Source of the DNA: Escherichia coli 042
GTDB lineage: Bacteria > Pseudomonadota > Gammaproteobacteria > Enterobacterales > Enterobacteriaceae
DNA: 64,000 nt
Assembly: GCF_000027125.1 (NCBI RefSeq)
Contig: NC_017626.1
Strand: one strand, 5' to 3'
Shown: positions 35,789 to 46,511 of the stretch, in pieces
How the letters are laid out: the number at the start of each line of letters is the position of its first letter
How positions within the stretch are numbered: the first letter of the stretch is position 1
The notes under the pieces: model-generated
Database searches by the model: none
What the model was told of the DNA's origin: nothing
What the model saw: the letters and a program-made list of their open reading frames with translations, nothing else
Made by a program: the position numbers and the translations under genes

Positions 35789-37243
35789 TTATACAAGGGG
35801 ACGATTCTCAATGGGACTATCCTCAGGGGAATTTTCCTCAGAGGAACTATCATCAAAGTCATCATCCATAGATGAAATACCATCGAATGGTGCCACGCCC
35901 GTGATTAGTTTTATTTTATTATTACGATCAGTCAAGACTCCATTTAAACCATTTTCGCTGACGGATTTTAATAATTTATCATAACTCTTATTGTCATCAG
36001 GCACATTAAAAACACACGGAGTATCAACATCAAACAATGACGTTCCCCAGTTCACATATTGAATATCATAGTTACTGAAGTTCTGTCCAGAAAAGAAGCA
36101 TCCCTTAAAATCCAATCCACGTAAATTATATAAACCACCCTCTTCTTTTGGGAGAGCAATTTTAATTCTGGCTATCTCCCAGACAAAATTGCCATTTTTG
36201 TATTTGAATACCGTTTCAAGCTCTCCTCCAGACAACTTGACTTCTGGAAATAATTTGAAATTAAACCCTACATTATTATGTGTCAACGTAGATGAACAAA
36301 AGATGGAAAAAGCTTGCAGTGCTGAATTATAGCTATCGATTTTATCTTGAGGCTGCGCTCTTGGTAAAAACTTATAGCAACACTCATAAAAATTAAGTAG
36401 AAACTCTGATGACCTTCCATTTTTATCAAATAATACCCGCTGAAAATGCTGCACAAACTTATTCGTTTTTTCTTGAATATCTATGGTGTGTTCCTTTGAC
36501 TCTAACAAAGATGAATCCTGTTGAAGTGCATTGCTCATCTGGTTGAGGAACAACTGCATTTCTTTCAACTTATCTCCATAGTGACCTTTAACTTGCTGAG
36601 AATTTTTAGTTACAGTTGAAACCTTATCTGTGTGGTTTTCATATAAATTATGTGATTCCATACAGTCATTTGGCGGCGTTTCTGAAATAACACTACGCGT
36701 TCTACCTGGCTGAAGTGAAGCAACATGAAAATCACTTTTTCTTATATTGCCGAATAGGGTCTGTTCATTTCTCTTAGCGCATTCAATAAACTGATCAACA
36801 TTATTTTTATTAGATGACAGGTTAATTTCAGAAACCGCATTTTCTTTGTTCTCCAGCTTTAGTTTAACGAGAAGGTCTTCCCACACCGTTTTTTTTTAAA
36901 ATACTACGTCAGGCTCACCATCAGCAACTAACTCTTGATTATTATCAAAGTGTACGTTGTGTACTTTTAATTTATTTTCATTAGCATCATATTTAATACG
37001 TTTTAATTGTTCTCCGGCTCCCATAATGACAAAAGCATTGCCTTCATGATATTTACATTCAGACATCATTTTTTGTAAAATTTCAAGAGCACCGTTATAC
37101 GTCCCTGAGGCAGCTTCTTTACAAATTAATTTTATAATACCATAAGCTAGTAACTCCATGGATTTAGAAGATTTTCTTTCATTACAATTTCCACTATTTA
37201 TAAATGTGCTAGTGTTAATTTCGTTGCTTTTACTAACTAACAT
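35789..37243 (-). pseudogene. large hypothetical gene (ypjB/ypjC position) split by a single in-frame TAA into 115-aa and 365-aa ORFs
   Basis: ORF 36896..37243 ends ...GAC GTA GTA TTT TAA. The same frame continues AAA AAA ACG GTG TGG GAA... into ORF 35789..36886, whose first codon is GTG. The stop is created at a T4A9 tract (36889-36901). The C-terminal part has a pentapeptide-repeat-like stretch (LRGLDFKGCFFSGQNFSNYDIQYVNW) and an acidic tail. Confidence 0.6.
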
Positions 37244-37781
37244 TGTCTTTTCCTCAGTTAATGTCTACATGGCTATTTTTAATGTTATTATTGTTTGTCA
37301 CTATAAAAAATCGCTCATTTGAGACAATTGCTGGCATTAACAGCTTCATATGCTATACATGGTACTTTTAATTAATTTAGCACAAGAATGTTAAATTTAA
37401 TAAGCAAAAGGTTATTTCACTGTATGATAAAAACCACCCGTTATAATTTATTCGTGAGAATCGTTTTTTGAGTGTTAGAAATTTATATCTAAATAGCGTT
37501 GATTAATGACCAAAGCCAGACTCCTGTAATGCTCACAAGACTCTTCTGCATTCGACGGCGGTTCTAGTCAGTAGTAGATGTTTAAGGCGTGGCAGAGACA
37601 TTTCATCCTTACTCTAAGGCATTGTTCTACATACATTGGTCGTGGTACTCACTCAGCATAAGTGAGCGAAAAGAGAATAGTTCAGTGATTTGAGTAATTA
37701 ACCTGATTAAATGAAGGGGTATAATAAATGATAATACTCTGTCTTTATCGTTAATTACTTAATTCCACATGTAAGCAATTT

Positions 37782-37808
37782 GCCCGCTTGGCATAGCGGG
37801 CATTTTTT
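37782..37808 (+). terminator. orphan intrinsic terminator (plus strand) in the ypjC-side/ileY spacer
   Basis: GCCCGCttggcataGCGGGCatttttt. Confidence 0.65.
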
Positions 37809-37994
37809 CCAGGTACTTTTGAATGAGTACTGATGGATAAATACATTGCAGTGGCGTGCCACGTACCAAAACACCAGCCCTCATTCGAAACCACCCACCA
37901 CACTTCTTCCTTGAAATGGCGTTAGTCGTGAAATATAGACCGCCATCGAGTACCCCTTGTACCCTTAACTCTTCCTGATACGTGAATGATGATT

Positions 37995-38070
37995 TGGTGG
38001 CCCCTGCTGGACTTGAACCAGCGACCAAGCGATTATGAGTCGCCTGCTCTAACCACTGAGCTAAAGGGCC
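37995..38070 (-). tRNA. ileY: tRNA-Ile2 (anticodon CAU, lysidine-modified class), 76 nt with encoded CCA
   Basis: The reverse complement is ggccctttagctcagtggttagagcaggcgactCATaatcgcttggtcgctggttcaagtccagcaggggccacca. The cloverleaf is intact (U6-G67 wobble). It matches my recollection of E. coli ileX/ileY, and the position next to ygaQ-csiD identifies ileY. From the anticodon alone it would be read as Met. Confidence 0.9.
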
Positions 38071-38629
38071 TTGAGTATGCAATAACAATACTTATAAACC
38101 ACGCAATAAACATGATGATCTTATGATGTAAATAACAGATTTTTATGCGTTCTCATTCATCCTGGGTCGTCATTACCTGCGACATAAAACCCGACACCGC
38201 CTCCATTCGCAAAGTCGATACTCGCAGTCAACAAGCAAATGTTAATAATTAGCAATATCTATAGTTATCATCGATTCAATGATACTTTGTAATGATTTTG
38301 TATCTAATAATATAACTTTATTACATTAGCTGAAGAGTTTTCGCATCATTATGATATCTGTTACTTTTCACTCCATAAAAATAAACTTCATATAGCAATA
38401 TATTCTTTCATAGATCTTATTCTGCTAATCATTAGTTTCGTATGAGCGATTTTTGACAGTTGCCTCTCCAGACCACATCGATAATTAAAAAAACAGATTT
38501 AAGCATTATCCTTTTCCATATAAATATTGGATAAAAGTAGGACATCTGTTTGCAATTACTTTCACAACAATTAAACATTTTTATGTTTCCGTATACACCA
38601 TATTACTCTACCATTAGAGGAACTTTATT

Positions 38630-40882
38630 ATGTTTTCTATAAAACCAGGACCAAGAAATTTACCTATCGGCAACCCCACATTGTTATCATGGAACATTAC
38701 TGACGGGGATCTAAATTCCAAATTAAATACATTAGAATATCTAAACTGTATAACAAATATTATTAATTCTTGTGGAGTTTATCCTCAGGATTTAAAACAC
38801 AGAGAGATTATATCAACTTTTCATGCAGAAAAAGTCATTAATGATCTGTTAAAAAACGATTATAAAATTTCCCTTTTTCCAGATACAACTTACCGAGAGT
38901 TGAATAAAGCAGCACAGCGTAGCATTACAGCGCCAGACAGGATAGGAGAAGGAAAAACATGGGTTTATCAACGAGATACAATGGTTGAAAGAGGTGATAA
39001 CAGCGGTGTTCATCAGTATGGTCCAGCTGAACATTTCACTCACATTATATCTGACAAACCGTCCCCAAAAGATAAGTATGTTGCATATGCTATTAACATT
39101 CCTGACTATGAACTGGCAGCTGATGTATATAATATTAACGTAACGTCACCTACCGGCCAGCAAGAAACATTTAAAATATTAATCAATCCAGAACATCTAC
39201 GGCAAACACTTGAGCGTAAATCTCTTACTGCTGTTCAGAAATCACAATGTGAAATCATCACCCCCAAAAAACCTGGCGAAGCGATTCTTCATGCTTTTAA
39301 TGCCACCTATCAGCAAATCAGGAAAAATATATCTGAGTTTGCACGTTGTCATTATGGGTATATACAAATCCCTCCCGTAACCACTTTCCGCGCCGACGGA
39401 CCTGAAACTCCCGAAGAAGAAAAAGGTTACTGGTTTCACGCTTATCAACCCGAAGATCTTTGTACTATCCATAATCCAATGGGAGATTTGCAGGATTTTA
39501 TCGCATTGGTTAAAGATGCCAAAAAATTTGGTATCGATATCATCCCTGATTATACATTTAACTTTATGGGAATCGGGGGTAGTGGTAAAAATGATCTGGA
39601 TTATCCCTCTGCCGATATACGAGCGAAGATCAGTAAAGATATAGAAAGTGGTATCCCTGGCTATTGGCAAGGTCAGGTCTTGATTCCCTTTATTATAGAT
39701 CCATTAACAAAAGAACGTGACCAAATCCATCCAGAAGATATACATCTCACTGCAAAAGACTTCGAAGCAAGTAAAGATAATATTTCTAAGGATGAATGGG
39801 AAAACCTCCATGCATTAAAAGAAAAGCGTTTAAATGGAATGCCTAAAACAACACCCAAAAGTGACCAGGTTATTATGTTGCAAAATCAATACGTTCGTGA
39901 AATGCGAAAATATGGCGTACGAGGTTTACGTTATGATGCAGCAAAACACTCAAAACATGAACAAATAGAGAGGTCGATAACCCCACCGCTTAAAAATTAT
40001 AATGAGCGGTTGCACAATACAAATTTATTTAATCCAAAATATCAAAAAAAAGCTGTTATGAATTACATGGAATACCTGGTAACTTGTCCGTTAGATGAAC
40101 AACAAATGTCATCGCTGCTTTATGAAAGAGATGATTTAAGCGCCATTGATTTTTCATTGCTCATGAAGACGATAAAAGCCTTTTCATTCGGTGGAGATCT
40201 CCAAACCCTTGCATCAAAACCGGGCTCCACAATCTCAAGCATTCCATCAGAAAGACGGATATTGATTAACATCAACCACGATTTCCCTAACAATGGTAAT
40301 CTTTTCAATGACTTTTTATTTAACCATCAGCAAGATGAACAATTAGCAATGGCATATATGGCCGCTCTCCCGTTCAGCAGGCCTTTAGTTTACTGGGATG
40401 GTCAGGTATTAAAATCAACGACTGAGATTAAAAATGATGATGGGTCCACTCGTGTCGGCGGTGAGGCGTGGCTTAATAAAGGTTGCTCTACCTATCAGCA
40501 GCTCTACAATGAATTCCACGCATTATATATAGATAAAGCAGGAATATGGAGCGCATTTGAGGGTGTATTTGCAACTAAAAATGTTCTGGCCTTTAGTCGT
40601 GGGGATTCTGTGAACATTAATCACTCTCCTCATGATGGACTAGTTATAATAAATAAAGGAAACGAAGAAGTTGAAGGTACCTGGCCTAACAAATTGCAAC
40701 CTGGAATATATAAAAACATGGGGAGTAATAGCGCTAACATTATTATTAATAATACCCGCAAAAGTATCCCCCCAGGTAAAGCATTTATGCTTAGAGGCGG
40801 AACTCTAAATATCAATATTCCTGGGCGTAGCGCTCTTCTTTTAGGGAAAACTGGAGAACCGCCGAACTATCTCTATTTGTAA
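38630..40882 (+). CDS. ygaQ: GH13 alpha-amylase-family protein, intact 750-aa form of YgaQ
   Basis: GH13 region II-like GVRGLRYDAAKH and region I-like GIDIIPDYTFNFMG are present. There is no signal peptide. It sits between ileY and csiD as ygaQ does in K-12, where it is annotated as a pseudogene. Confidence 0.75.
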   Translation: MFSIKPGPRNLPIGNPTLLSWNITDGDLNSKLNTLEYLNCITNIINSCGVYPQDLKHREIISTFHAEKVINDLLKNDYKISLFPDTTYRELNKAAQRSITAPDRIGEGKTWVYQRDTMVERGDNSGVHQYGPAEHFTHIISDKPSPKDKYVAYAINIPDYELAADVYNINVTSPTGQQETFKILINPEHLRQTLERKSLTAVQKSQCEIITPKKPGEAILHAFNATYQQIRKNISEFARCHYGYIQIPPVTTFRADGPETPEEEKGYWFHAYQPEDLCTIHNPMGDLQDFIALVKDAKKFGIDIIPDYTFNFMGIGGSGKNDLDYPSADIRAKISKDIESGIPGYWQGQVLIPFIIDPLTKERDQIHPEDIHLTAKDFEASKDNISKDEWENLHALKEKRLNGMPKTTPKSDQVIMLQNQYVREMRKYGVRGLRYDAAKHSKHEQIERSITPPLKNYNERLHNTNLFNPKYQKKAVMNYMEYLVTCPLDEQQMSSLLYERDDLSAIDFSLLMKTIKAFSFGGDLQTLASKPGSTISSIPSERRILININHDFPNNGNLFNDFLFNHQQDEQLAMAYMAALPFSRPLVYWDGQVLKSTTEIKNDDGSTRVGGEAWLNKGCSTYQQLYNEFHALYIDKAGIWSAFEGVFATKNVLAFSRGDSVNINHSPHDGLVIINKGNEEVEGTWPNKLQPGIYKNMGSNSANIIINNTRKSIPPGKAFMLRGGTLNINIPGRSALLLGKTGEPPNYLYL

Positions 40883-40892
40883 TTTAATGTTA

Positions 40893-40920
40893 TATCTGCC
40901 CCGCTAAAACGGGGCAGATA
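40893..40920 (+). terminator. hairpin terminator after ygaQ
   Basis: TATCTGCCCCGctaaaaCGGGGCAGATA: a perfect 11-bp stem with a weak T-tract. Confidence 0.6.
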
Positions 40921-41104
40921 ATATGTTTAGTTTACTAACGGTCATTTTGCAGTGAAGCCATTTACCGTTTTTTATCGACCAGATAATCTGTTCTCTGATG
41001 GTAATCCACCCCTAACCTGTTGCTTTAGTTATTCATTTCCTGTCTCACTTTGCCCTAATACCCTACGTTAAATGTTACCAATTTGTTGCTTTTGATCACA
41101 ATAA

Positions 41105-42196
<1,092 letters not shown>

Positions 42197-42214
42197 AGCA
42201 AAGGAATTGAGCGG

Positions 42215-43483
42215 ATGTATGATTTTGTGATTATTGGCGGTGGCATCATCGGCATGTCGACCGCCATGCAACTGATTGATGTCTACCCGGACGCCCGCAT
42301 TGCGTTGCTGGAAAAAGAGTCCGGCCCGGCCTGTCACCAGACGGGCCACAACAGCGGCGTGATCCATGCCGGGGTTTATTACACGCCCGGTAGCCTGAAG
42401 GCACAGTTTTGCCTGGCGGGAAACCGCGCCACCAAAGCCTTTTGCGATCAAAACGGCATTCGCTATGACAACTGCGGCAAGATGCTGGTCGCCACCTCTG
42501 AACTCGAAATGGAACGGATGTGCGCGTTGTGGGAACGTACGGCGGCGAATGGTATCGAGCGCGAGTGGCTAAACGCCGAGGAACTGCGCGAGCGCGAACC
42601 GAATATCACCGGGCTCGGCGGCATTTTTGTGCCGTCCAGCGGCATTGTCAGCTATCGCGAAGTGACGGCGGCGATGGCAAAAATCTTCCAGGCCAGAGGC
42701 GGCGAGATTATTTATAACGCCGAAGTCAGCGCCCTCAGTGAGCATAAAAACGGCGTGGTGATACGTACCCGTCAGGGCGGTGAATATGAAGCATCGACGC
42801 TGATTAGCTGTTCCGGGCTGATGGCTGACCGGCTGGTGAAAATGCTCGGCCTCGAACCGGGCTTTATTATCTGCCCGTTCCGTGGCGAGTATTTCCGCCT
42901 TGCGCCGGAGCATAACCAGATTGTTAACCACCTGATTTACCCCATTCCCGACCCCGCGATGCCATTTTTGGGCGTGCATCTCACCCGCATGATCGATGGC
43001 AGCGTGACCGTCGGGCCAAACGCGGTGCTGGCTTTTAAACGCGAAGGCTATCGCAAGCGCGATTTCTCGTTTAGTGACACGCTGGAGATTTTAGGCTCGT
43101 CGGGGATTCGCCGGGTGCTGCAAAACCATCTACGCTCAGGATTGGGCGAGATGAAAAACTCGCTGTGCAAAAGCGGCTATCTGCGGCTGGTGCAAAAATA
43201 TTGTCCCCGGCTTTCGTTAAGCGATCTCCAGCCCTGGCCCGCCGGTGTGCGGGCGCAGGCGGTATCGCCGGACGGCAAGCTGATTGACGATTTTCTGTTT
43301 GTCACCACCCCGCGCACGATCCACACCTGCAATGCGCCCTCCCCGGCAGCGACATCAGCAATTCCTATTGGTGCGCATATTGTCAGCAAGGTACAAACGC
43401 TGTTGGCAAGCCAGAGTAACCCCGGACGCACGCTGCGAGCGGCACGTAGTGTGGATGCCTTACACGCCGCATTTAATCAATAA
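42215..43483 (+). CDS. lhgO: L-2-hydroxyglutarate oxidase/dehydrogenase LhgO (YgaF)
   Basis: 422 aa with the FAD motif MYDFVIIGGGIIGMSTA. Synteny supports the call. Confidence 0.93.
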   Translation: MYDFVIIGGGIIGMSTAMQLIDVYPDARIALLEKESGPACHQTGHNSGVIHAGVYYTPGSLKAQFCLAGNRATKAFCDQNGIRYDNCGKMLVATSELEMERMCALWERTAANGIEREWLNAEELREREPNITGLGGIFVPSSGIVSYREVTAAMAKIFQARGGEIIYNAEVSALSEHKNGVVIRTRQGGEYEASTLISCSGLMADRLVKMLGLEPGFIICPFRGEYFRLAPEHNQIVNHLIYPIPDPAMPFLGVHLTRMIDGSVTVGPNAVLAFKREGYRKRDFSFSDTLEILGSSGIRRVLQNHLRSGLGEMKNSLCKSGYLRLVQKYCPRLSLSDLQPWPAGVRAQAVSPDGKLIDDFLFVTTPRTIHTCNAPSPAATSAIPIGAHIVSKVQTLLASQSNPGRTLRAARSVDALHAAFNQ

Positions 43484-43505
43484 CCTTTGAAAACAGGACG
43501 TAACA

Positions 43506-44954
43506 ATGAAACTTAACGACAGTAACTTATTCCGCCAGCAGGCGTTGATTAACGGGGAATGGCTGGACGCCAACAATGGCGAGGTCATCGACGTCACCAA
43601 TCCGGCGAACGGCGACAAGCTGGGTAGCGTACCCAAAATGGGCGCTGATGAAACCCGCGCCGCTATCGACGCCGCCAACCGCGCTCTGCCCGCCTGGCGT
43701 GCGCTCACCGCCAAAGAACGCGCCAACATTCTGCGCAACTGGTTCAATTTGATGATGGAGCATCAGGACGATTTAGCGCGCCTGATGACCCTCGAACAGG
43801 GTAAACCGCTGGCTGAAGCGAAAGGTGAAATCAGCTACGCCGCCTCCTTTATTGAGTGGTTTGCTGAAGAAGGCAAACGCATTTATGGCGACACCATTCC
43901 TGGTCATCAGGCCGATAAACGCCTGATTGTTATCAAGCAGCCGATTGGCGTCACCGCGGCTATCACGCCGTGGAACTTCCCGGCGGCGATGATTACCCGC
44001 AAAGCCGGTCCGGCGCTGGCGGCAGGCTGCACGATGGTGCTGAAACCTGCCAGTCAGACGCCGTTCTCTGCGCTGGCGCTGGCGGAACTGGCGATTCGCG
44101 CAGGCGTTCCGGCTGGCGTATTTAACGTGGTCACCGGTTCGGCGGGCGCGGTCGGTAACGAACTGACCAGCAATCCGCTGGTGCGCAAGCTGTCGTTTAC
44201 CGGCTCGACCGAAATTGGCCGCCAGTTAATGGAACAGTGCGCGAAAGACATCAAGAAAGTGTCGCTGGAGCTGGGCGGCAACGCGCCGTTTATCGTCTTT
44301 GACGATGCCGACCTCGACAAAGCCGTGGAAGGCGCACTGGCCTCGAAATTCCGCAACGCCGGGCAAACCTGCGTCTGCGCCAACCGTTTATATGTGCAGG
44401 ACGGCGTGTATGACCGCTTTGCCGAAAAATTACAGCAGGCGGTGAGCAAACTGCACATCGGCGACGGGCTGGAGAAAGGCGTCACCATCGGGCCGCTGAT
44501 TGATGAAAAAGCGGTAGCAAAAGTGGAAGAGCATATTGCCGATGCGCTGGAGAAAGGTGCGCGTGTGGTTTGCGGCGGTAAAGCACACGAACGCGGCGGC
44601 AACTTCTTCCAGCCGACCATTCTGGTGGACGTTCCGGCCAACGCCAAAGTGTCGAAAGAAGAGACATTCGGCCCCCTCGCCCCGCTGTTCCGTTTTAAAG
44701 ATGAAGCCGATGTGATCGCGCAAGCCAATGACACCGAATTTGGTCTTGCCGCCTATTTCTACGCCCGTGATTTAAGCCGCGTCTTCCGCGTGGGCGAGGC
44801 GCTGGAGTACGGCATCGTCGGCATTAATACTGGCATTATTTCCAATGAAGTGGCCCCGTTCGGTGGCATTAAAGCCTCGGGTCTGGGTCGTGAAGGTTCG
44901 AAGTATGGCATCGAAGATTACTTAGAAATCAAATATATGTGCATCGGTCTTTAA
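43506..44954 (+). CDS. gabD: succinate-semialdehyde dehydrogenase (NADP+) GabD
   Basis: 482 aa with aldehyde dehydrogenase motifs (…VSLELGGNAPFIV…, …FRNAGQTCVCANR…). Synteny supports the call. Confidence 0.96.
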   Translation: MKLNDSNLFRQQALINGEWLDANNGEVIDVTNPANGDKLGSVPKMGADETRAAIDAANRALPAWRALTAKERANILRNWFNLMMEHQDDLARLMTLEQGKPLAEAKGEISYAASFIEWFAEEGKRIYGDTIPGHQADKRLIVIKQPIGVTAAITPWNFPAAMITRKAGPALAAGCTMVLKPASQTPFSALALAELAIRAGVPAGVFNVVTGSAGAVGNELTSNPLVRKLSFTGSTEIGRQLMEQCAKDIKKVSLELGGNAPFIVFDDADLDKAVEGALASKFRNAGQTCVCANRLYVQDGVYDRFAEKLQQAVSKLHIGDGLEKGVTIGPLIDEKAVAKVEEHIADALEKGARVVCGGKAHERGGNFFQPTILVDVPANAKVSKEETFGPLAPLFRFKDEADVIAQANDTEFGLAAYFYARDLSRVFRVGEALEYGIVGINTGIISNEVAPFGGIKASGLGREGSKYGIEDYLEIKYMCIGL

Positions 44955-44967
44955 CTGGAGAACGCGA

Positions 44968-46248
44968 ATGAGCAGCAATAAAGAGTTAATGCAGCGCCGC
45001 AGTCAGGCGATTCCCCGTGGCGTTGGGCAAATTCACCCCATTTTCGCTGACCGCGCGGAAAACTGCCGGGTGTGGGACGTTGAAGGCCGTGAGTATCTTG
45101 ATTTCGCGGGCGGCATTGCGGTGCTCAATACCGGGCACCTGCATCCGAAAGTGGTTGCGGCGGTGGAAGCGCAGTTGAAAAAGCTGTCGCACACCTGCTT
45201 CCAGGTGCTGGCTTACGAACCGTATCTGGAGCTGTGCGAGATTATGAATCAGAAGGTGCCGGGAGATTTCGCCAAAAAAACGCTGCTGGTTACGACCGGT
45301 TCCGAAGCGGTGGAAAACGCGGTGAAAATCGCCCGCGCCGCCACCAAACGCAGCGGGACCATCGCCTTTAGCGGTGCATATCACGGGCGCACGCATTACA
45401 CGCTGGCGCTGACCGGCAAGGTGAATCCGTACTCTGCGGGCATGGGACTGATGCCTGGGCACGTTTATCGCGCGCTTTATCCTTGCCCGCTGCACGGCAT
45501 CAGTGAAGATGACGCTATCGCCAGCATCCACCGGATCTTTAAAAATGACGCCGCGCCGGAAGATATCGCAGCCATCGTGATTGAGCCCGTTCAGGGCGAA
45601 GGCGGTTTCTACGCCGCGACGCCAGCCTTTATGCAGCGTTTACGCGCTCTGTGTGACGAGCACGGGATCATGCTGATTGCCGATGAAGTGCAGAGCGGCG
45701 CGGGGCGTACCGGCACGCTGTTTGCGATGGAGCAGATGGGCGTTGCGCCGGATCTTACCACCTTTGCGAAATCGATCGCAGGCGGCTTCCCGCTGGCGGG
45801 CGTCACCGGGCGCGCGGAAGTGATGGATGCCGTCGCTCCAGGCGGTCTGGGCGGCACCTATGCCGGTAACCCGATTGCCTGCGTGGCTGCGCTGGAAGTG
45901 TTGAAGGTGTTTGAGCAGGAAAATCTGCTGCAAAAAGCCAACGATCTGGGGCAGAAGTTGAAAGACGGATTGCTGGCGATAGCCGAAAAACACCCGGAGA
46001 TCGGCGATGTACGCGGGCTGGGAGCGATGATTGCCATCGAGCTGTTTGAAGATGGCGATCACAGCAAACCGGACGCCAAACTCACCGCCGAGATCGTGGC
46101 GCGTGCTCGCGATAAAGGCCTGATTCTTCTCTCCTGCGGCCCGTATTACAACGTGCTGCGCATCCTTGTACCGCTCACCATTGAAGACGCTCAGATCCGT
46201 CAGGGTCTGGAGATCATCAGCCAGTGTTTTGATGAGGCGAAGCAGTAG
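44968..46248 (+). CDS. gabT: 4-aminobutyrate aminotransferase GabT
   Basis: 426 aa, class III PLP aminotransferase (…LIADEVQSGAGRTGTLFAMEQMGVAPDLTTFAKSIAGG…). Synteny supports the call. Confidence 0.96.
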   Translation: MSSNKELMQRRSQAIPRGVGQIHPIFADRAENCRVWDVEGREYLDFAGGIAVLNTGHLHPKVVAAVEAQLKKLSHTCFQVLAYEPYLELCEIMNQKVPGDFAKKTLLVTTGSEAVENAVKIARAATKRSGTIAFSGAYHGRTHYTLALTGKVNPYSAGMGLMPGHVYRALYPCPLHGISEDDAIASIHRIFKNDAAPEDIAAIVIEPVQGEGGFYAATPAFMQRLRALCDEHGIMLIADEVQSGAGRTGTLFAMEQMGVAPDLTTFAKSIAGGFPLAGVTGRAEVMDAVAPGGLGGTYAGNPIACVAALEVLKVFEQENLLQKANDLGQKLKDGLLAIAEKHPEIGDVRGLGAMIAIELFEDGDHSKPDAKLTAEIVARARDKGLILLSCGPYYNVLRILVPLTIEDAQIRQGLEIISQCFDEAKQ

Positions 46249-46257
46249 CACCGCACC

Positions 46258-46422
46258 CATGCCGGAGGCGACGCTGCGCGTCTTGTCCGGCCCACGAAAA
46301 TGTAGGTCGGATAAGGCGTTTACGCCGCATCCGACATTCGGCGCACCATGCCGGAGGCGACGCTTTGCGTCTTGTCCGGCCTACGAGAATCCAGGTCGGG
46401 TAAGGCGGAGCCGCTCTCCGGC
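46258..46422. repeat. REP/BIME cluster between gabT and gabP
   Basis: Canonical REP tgtaggtcggataaggcgtttacgccgcatccgaca (46301-46336). Three GC-rich REP-like palindromic units flank it (gccggaggcgacgct(g/tt)gcgtcttgtccggcc twice, and ccaggtcgggtaaggcggagccgctctccggc). Confidence 0.85.
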
Positions 46423-46511
46423 AAAAAGAATCAATAACAATTAAACGCGTGACCCGACGCGGGAAATGTCGGGGCGCTCTCCCAAGTGACACACTTTCGA
46501 GAGGATTCAGG

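Noticed and set aside
37759-38088. 109-aa minus-strand ORF
   Set aside because: It runs straight through the ileY tRNA gene, so it is not a real CDS.
41084-41100. Possible cAMP-CRP half-site (TGTTGCTTTTGATCACA) upstream of csiD
   Set aside because: The right half (TCACA) is good but the left half is poor. I cannot place it relative to a transcription start from sequence alone. The csiD promoter is known to be CRP/sigma-S dependent, but I did not list this as a feature.
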